DNA from: an uncultured Chloroflexia bacterium
GTDB taxonomy: Bacteria; Chloroflexota; Limnocylindria; Limnocylindrales; CSP1-4
Direction of reading: 5' to 3'
DNA length: 64,000 bases
Assembly (NCBI GenBank): GCA_963719285.1
Contig: CAVRBO010000004.1
Location: 324,898-388,897 of the forward strand
In this document: one piece after another, positions 59,292-64,000 of the stretch
Layout of the letters: each line of letters starts with the position of its first letter
Numbering within the stretch: position 1 is the stretch's first letter
The notes under the pieces: model-generated
Told to the model about the DNA's origin: nothing
What the model saw: only the letters and a program-made list of their open reading frames with translations
Database searches by the model: none
Program-made: the position numbers and the translations under genes

Positions 59292-60880
59292 GCGGCGAGC
59301 TGGGGCCGGTCGACCGGCTCATCGACCGGGCGACGACGCTCGCCGGCGCCTGGGAGGCGCGAGCCCGGATCGCGACGACGCTCGGGCAGGAACGCGCCCT
59401 GCTTCGCCTGTTCGGGGTGAGCGGTCTCGATCGGGCGGGCCGGCCCCTGGCCGGCGAGGTCGTCGACCGCTATCTGGCCGGTGGGACGCGCCGCCTGGCC
59501 GGCGGGGTGGCGCTCCCGTTCGCCGCCGCACTGCTCGAATACGAGATGGCGGCCCAGCCGCTGGCCATGGAGGTGGCCGCCGGGACGATCGACCTGGGGC
59601 TCGAGGCGGAGGTGCTGCGCGACGCCGGGCGCCGGGCCGCGGCCGAGGCCGAGGTCGTCCGGCTCACCGGCGCGGCCCTCGACCGGATCGGCGCGAACCG
59701 GATCGCTCGTCGCGAGCTGCTCGACGTCCTCGGCGACGCCCCGAGGCCGTGGATCGGCGTGCCGCTCGGTGAGGCGGACGCGATGACCGCCCGGGCCGTG
59801 GTCGGCGGCCTGGTCCGCGATGGGGCGGACCTGGCGGTCGTGGCCGTGCCCGTCGGGCGCGAGCTCGCGGACCGCCTCCACGATGCCGGGGTGGACGTGC
59901 CCGGCCGACGCGCGTACGACCTCGCGGACGCCGCGGGCATCGGCGGGCCGGACGACACCGAGGAGCCACCGTCCGGGAGCCAACGCGGGCTGGCCATCCT
60001 CCGCCAGGCGGCCGACGAGGCCGCTGCCGAGCGCCGCCGGTACGTCCGCCTGGCGAGCACGGCGCCGGGCCTGGCCGCCCCGGAGCAGGCCGTGGTCGCC
60101 GCCTTCGAGCGGATCGACATCGTCGTCGCCGACCCTGTCGCCGAGATCGTGGATGGGCGGATCGACCCGGACCGGGCACTGGCCGACCACTCGTTCGCTC
60201 ACCGCCTGCATCGTCGGGCGGGCGCCCAGGTGCTCGTCGGTCCCGGTCCGCTCGTGGTCGCACCCGACCTCGCCCGAGGCCAGCCGTCCGACCCTCTCAC
60301 CCGCGCCGGCCGTGCGCTCGCGCTCCAGGCGCTCGGGGTCGCCATGGCCCGCCACGGCGGGCTGGCCGCGGATCAAGTCGTGATCGGCGCGTTCCCGGCC
60401 TGGCTGCTCGAGGAGCGTGAACCGACGGCCCTCGCCATCGCCCAGGTCGCGGTGCGACGGGCGGTCTTCGAGGGCCACCCCGCCGCGTTCAGTGAACCGC
60501 TGCGTGACGCCGGCTCCGAGTCGGTCATCGACGCGCGCTGGCCGTTCGTGCTCGCCGCGACCCTGCCCTACGCAGGTGGCACGGCAGTCATCCTGCGCGA
60601 CGCCGCCCCATCACGGGTCGGCTTCGCCACGGCCGGTGCGCGGGCCGCCGTGGCGGTCGCGGCGGAGGTCGCCGCATCGTCCGGTCCGCCACCCCTCGCC
60701 GGCCCCGCCCTCGACTACGCCAAGGCCACCGTGACGGCAGCGTTGCGGACCCTGGAGCGGCTCGCCGATCTCGGCTGGCGCGACGTCCTCGGCGAGCCGA
60801 TGGGTGGTCGTCGCCGGGAACGCCTTGGCGCCGACGCGGTGGTCGAGCGCGTGGAGGCCTTCGACCCGCTGTCGGACTGA
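59288..60880 (+). CDS. lysine 5,6-aminomutase alpha-subunit (KamD)-like protein, orphan (no adjacent B12-binding partner)
   Basis: ...ERALLRLFGVSGLD... and ...PWIGVPLGEADAMTARAVVGGLVRDGADLAVVAVPVGRELAD parallel remembered KamD motifs. Assignment is tentative. Confidence 0.45.
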   Translation: MSGELGPVDRLIDRATTLAGAWEARARIATTLGQERALLRLFGVSGLDRAGRPLAGEVVDRYLAGGTRRLAGGVALPFAAALLEYEMAAQPLAMEVAAGTIDLGLEAEVLRDAGRRAAAEAEVVRLTGAALDRIGANRIARRELLDVLGDAPRPWIGVPLGEADAMTARAVVGGLVRDGADLAVVAVPVGRELADRLHDAGVDVPGRRAYDLADAAGIGGPDDTEEPPSGSQRGLAILRQAADEAAAERRRYVRLASTAPGLAAPEQAVVAAFERIDIVVADPVAEIVDGRIDPDRALADHSFAHRLHRRAGAQVLVGPGPLVVAPDLARGQPSDPLTRAGRALALQALGVAMARHGGLAADQVVIGAFPAWLLEEREPTALAIAQVAVRRAVFEGHPAAFSEPLRDAGSESVIDARWPFVLAATLPYAGGTAVILRDAAPSRVGFATAGARAAVAVAAEVAASSGPPPLAGPALDYAKATVTAALRTLERLADLGWRDVLGEPMGGRRRERLGADAVVERVEAFDPLSD

Positions 60881-60977
60881 AGCGGCGCCACGCCCGCAGG
60901 CTGCGCGATCGAGCGTCGGCCGAGCATCGGCGCGACTCCCGCCCCCGGGTGGTCGTCGCGCGACGCCCCGGTACTCG

Positions 60978-61496
60978 TCAGTTCGGGCGGGGGCCTTCGG
61001 CGCGGACCGATTCCACGCCGGCGATCGCCGTCCGGAGCGCTTCGATCCATTCGCTCTCGTGCTCGCCGACGAGCTTCACGCACCAGGCGAGCGCCTCGCT
61101 CCGGCTGCGGGCGACCCCCGCGTCGACGAGCGTGTCGAGCACGCCCCGCTCGCGCAGGCGGAGCCGGGTCATGACCGGCACGCTGAGCGTCGTGAACATG
61201 TGCTTCTCGCCACCGACCGAGACGCCCCAGGCGACCTTGCGCCCGAAGCGATGCTCGGCGTCAGCGGCGATCCGCATCCGCCCCTCGCGGGTGTCCTCGC
61301 GGAAGCCATCGGCACGCGACGACCGGGCGGCGGCGCGCTCGGCGTCCGAGGCGCCCTTGGCGAGGGTCACGTCGGCGAGCTCGCCGGTCACGATGATCTC
61401 CTCGCGGTCGCCCGCCAGCTCGATCGGGGCGGTGAACCAGTCGGTCGGGATGCGGCCGGCGAACCAGCCGCGGATCTCTTCGTCGGTGTGGTGCAT
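60978..61496 (-). CDS. hypothetical protein
   Basis: 172 aa ORF with good coding character and no recognised motif. Confidence 0.45.
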   Translation of the reverse strand: MHHTDEEIRGWFAGRIPTDWFTAPIELAGDREEIIVTGELADVTLAKGASDAERAAARSSRADGFREDTREGRMRIAADAEHRFGRKVAWGVSVGGEKHMFTTLSVPVMTRLRLRERGVLDTLVDAGVARSRSEALAWCVKLVGEHESEWIEALRTAIAGVESVRAEGPRPN

Positions 61497-61673
61497 GTGA
61501 TCGGGTCCTCGCGTGGGGCGGGCTAGCGTGATATGCGGAGATTACATCATTACATCGTTGCGTCAAGAGTTGACCACGACGCCAGGCTCGCGCGCCGGCG
61601 GCCCGCCTCGGCAACGATCGCGACCCGACGTCGTGACCCGGGCGTACGGACCTCGGCCGGTACACTGTGCGCG

Positions 61674-63002
61674 GTGGAGCGGACGACGGACCCGGACGAC
61701 GCACGCGCGGTGGCGCCCGGCGCCTTCCCGCATCTGCGGTTGCGGGCGCGCGCGACGGGGCTCTTCGACCTTCCGTGGGACCTCCCGCTCGCGGCGTGGA
61801 CCAGCGACGTGGCCACGTTCCGTCGTCTCGATGTCGGGCCGTCCCGCCACCTCGTCCGCTTCCTCGAGCACGAGGGTGTCCTCTTCGCGCTCAAGGAAGA
61901 GCCGATCGGGATCGCCCGCAAGGAATTCGAGGTCCTCCGCCACCTCGAGGACAAGGGCCTCCCGGCGGTCGCCGCGGTCGGCCTGGCCGAGGCGCCCGAG
62001 CGCGACAGTGCGATCCTCGTGACCGAGTACCTGGTCCACTCGCTCCAGTACCGGCGTCTGCTCATGCGCTTCCCGCTCGGACCGGGCGGTTACCGCGACC
62101 GCCTCCTCGACGCCATGGCCTGGCTCCTGTTCGACCTGCACCGCGGCGGCGTCTACTGGGGGGACTGCTCACTCGCCAACACGCTCTTCCGGCGGGACGG
62201 CGATCGGATCCAGGCGTACCTCGTGGATGCGGAGACGAGCGAGGTCCACGAGACGCTGTCCGACGGCCAGCGCGAGTACGACCTCGAGATCCTCGTCGAG
62301 AACGTCGCCTTCGGCCTGGCCGATCTCGCTGCGCTCCAGGGCCGCGACGAGGGTCCGGACGACGCGATCGCCGCGGCCGACGCCGTGGTCAAGCGCTATC
62401 GCGTGCTGTGGGACGAGCTGCACGATACGCCGGACCTGCCGCCCGGCGACCGGCAGGCGGTCAGGCGCCGGATCCGCAAGCTCAACGAGCTCGGCTTCTC
62501 GGTCGACGAGATCGAGCTCGAGCCGACGGGGCGCGGCCCGACCGTGCGCCTGCGCCTGACGGTGGCCCGCCGCGCCTTCCACGCCCGCGAGCTCCGCCGC
62601 CAGACCGGGATCGTGGCCCTCGAGAACCAGGCCCGCCTGCTGCTCAACGACCTCCACGAGTACGGGGCCTGGCTCCAGTGGTACGAGCGTCGGGCGATCG
62701 ACCCGGCCGTGCTCGCCCGGCGCTGGAAGGCGGAGGCCTACGAGCCCGCGATCGAGCGGATCGCCCGGGTCGTGGGTCCGGGCCGCGACATCGTCCAGGC
62801 GTACTGCGATCTGCTCGAGCACAAGTGGCTCCTCTCCGAGCGTGCCGGGCGTGACATCGGCATGCAGGCCGCCCTGGATTCCTACCTCGCGAGCGGCGCC
62901 CCCGCACCCGAGGTCGCCGGGTCGGAGGCCGCCGCCGACGAGGCTGCCGACGCCGACGAGGCTGCCGCCGAGCTGGCGGATGCCGCCGAGGCGGCCGGCT
63001 GA
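61674..63002 (+). CDS. DUF4032 / lipopolysaccharide-kinase-like domain protein with acidic Ala-rich tail
   Basis: ...LVRFLEHEGVLFALKEE...YLVDAETSE... resembles the Kdo/WaaP-like kinase fold. GTG start is uncertain. Confidence 0.5.
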   Translation: MERTTDPDDARAVAPGAFPHLRLRARATGLFDLPWDLPLAAWTSDVATFRRLDVGPSRHLVRFLEHEGVLFALKEEPIGIARKEFEVLRHLEDKGLPAVAAVGLAEAPERDSAILVTEYLVHSLQYRRLLMRFPLGPGGYRDRLLDAMAWLLFDLHRGGVYWGDCSLANTLFRRDGDRIQAYLVDAETSEVHETLSDGQREYDLEILVENVAFGLADLAALQGRDEGPDDAIAAADAVVKRYRVLWDELHDTPDLPPGDRQAVRRRIRKLNELGFSVDEIELEPTGRGPTVRLRLTVARRAFHARELRRQTGIVALENQARLLLNDLHEYGAWLQWYERRAIDPAVLARRWKAEAYEPAIERIARVVGPGRDIVQAYCDLLEHKWLLSERAGRDIGMQAALDSYLASGAPAPEVAGSEAAADEAADADEAAAELADAAEAAG

Positions 63003-63028
63003 GCCGGCTCGACCGACCGCCGAGTCCG

Positions 63029-63990
63029 TTGACGACCGAGCCCCGCCACGAGGCGATCCGTCACCGCGTCCGGCGAGTGCCCGGCGGCGTGCCCCGTTTG
63101 TCGTGGCGGACCCTGCGCAACCCGTTCCGGCCGCTCGAGGTCGTCAGCGCCGACGAGCTCGAGGCGATCCACCGGGCCTCGCTCCGGATCCTCCAGGAGG
63201 TCGGCGTGGAGTGCCTGGGCGACCGCGCCATCGACGCCTTCGCTCGAGCGGGCGCGACCGTCGACCGTGAGCGGCGCTCGGTCCGCCTGGACGGCGCCCA
63301 GGTCGAGGAGCTCGTCGCGCTCGCGCCGGCCGAGTTCACGCTCCATGCCCGGAACGCGGCCCGGGACCTCGCCTTCGGTGGCGACCACCTCGTCTTCGGC
63401 GCCGTGGGCGGCCCGGCCTTCTCGTCGGACCTGGACCGAGGGCGGCGGGCTGGCACGTTCGAGGTGATGAAGGAGTTCGTCCGCTGCATCGGCAGCCTCG
63501 ACGTCATCCACCAGGAGGGCGGCGGCCCGCTCGAGCCGACGGACCTGCCGGTCGCGACCCGCCATCTCGACATGTACGGGGCGTTCGTGACGTTGCTCGA
63601 CAAGTCGTGGCAGTGCCTGGGCGCCGGGCGGATGCTGGTCGACGACGCGATCGAGGTCATGTGCCTCGCCCGGGGGGTCGACCGGGACACGCTCGCGCGC
63701 GAGCCGAGCTGCATGACGATCATCAACACGAATTCGCCGCTCCGGCTCGACGGACCGATGGGCGACGGGCTCATCGAGATGGCGCTCCACGGCCAGCCGG
63801 TCGTCGCGACGCCGTTCACGCTGGCCGGGGCGATGAGCCCGGTGTCGCTCGCCGGCGCGCTCGCCCAGCAGAACGCCGAAGCCCTGTTCCTGGTCGCGCT
63901 CGCCCAGATCGTCCGGCCGGGCGCGCCGATGGTCTACGGCGCGTTCACCTCGAACGTGGACATGCGGACGGGCTCACCGGCGTTCGGGAC
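63029..63990 (+). CDS. trimethylamine methyltransferase (MttB) family protein, 3' end truncated by the window
   Basis: ...ELEAIHRASLRILQEVGVEC..., TPFTLAGAMSPVSLAGALAQQNAE. TTG start 63029; continues past 63990. Confidence 0.6.
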
Positions 63991-64000
63991 GCCCGAGACG

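Noticed and set aside
60978-61496. Tried to assign the 172-aa minus-strand ORF to a family
   Set aside because: No convincing motif recognised; reported only as hypothetical.

Overview
Gene-dense, high-GC (~70%) bacterial chromosomal window with no rRNA, tRNA, CRISPR array or obvious IS/transposase. It contains four blocks. (1) 0.5-10.3 kb: a translationally coupled branched-chain amino-acid operon, ilvB-ilvN-ilvC-leuA-leuB-cimA, followed by a stand-alone LeuA regulatory-domain protein and pheA. A candidate Val/Leu/Ile-rich leader peptide and a textbook hairpin+T-tract attenuator sit upstream. (2) 10.3-18.9 kb: housekeeping and metabolic genes (PPK2, BNR-like lipoprotein, aldehyde dehydrogenase, GNAT, acyl-CoA dehydrogenase, ADP-forming acyl-CoA synthetase, enoyl-CoA hydratase). 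(3) 19-54 kb: a biofilm-matrix / cell-surface supercluster. It comprises a TasA-like/SipW/TasA-like operon, a membrane-anchored beta-helix protein, and a ~20 kb glycan (EPS/O-glycan) locus. The glycan locus encodes a frameshifted DegT aminotransferase, two PglC-type phosphoglycosyl transferases, a FemAB-like protein, an ATP-grasp protein, a TylF methyltransferase, VanZ, a Wzc-like BY-kinase, four GTs, an AsnB-like amidotransferase, an epimerase, Wzx, a Wzy_C-family protein, a CE4-like protein and a CapD/WbpM-like protein. Embedded in this locus is a tandem array of four paralogous secreted proteins (42.8-51.0 kb, minus strand). Each has an RR-containing N-terminal signal anchor, a variable N-terminal module (Fn3-like domain plus Pro/Thr linker in two) and a shared, unrecognised ~340 aa C-terminal domain ending in (D/L)(I/L)QFY(F/L)(R/K). 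Two of the four are preceded by near-identical ~90 nt leaders that look like c-di-GMP-I (GEMM) riboswitches. (4) 54-64 kb: MBL-fold hydrolase, membrane protein, O-methyltransferase, MoaD-MoaE fusion, DppA, DmpA, KamD-like protein, DUF4032-like protein and a partial MttB-family methyltransferase. Many long ORFs on the opposite strand of real genes are high-GC artefacts and are listed as rejected.
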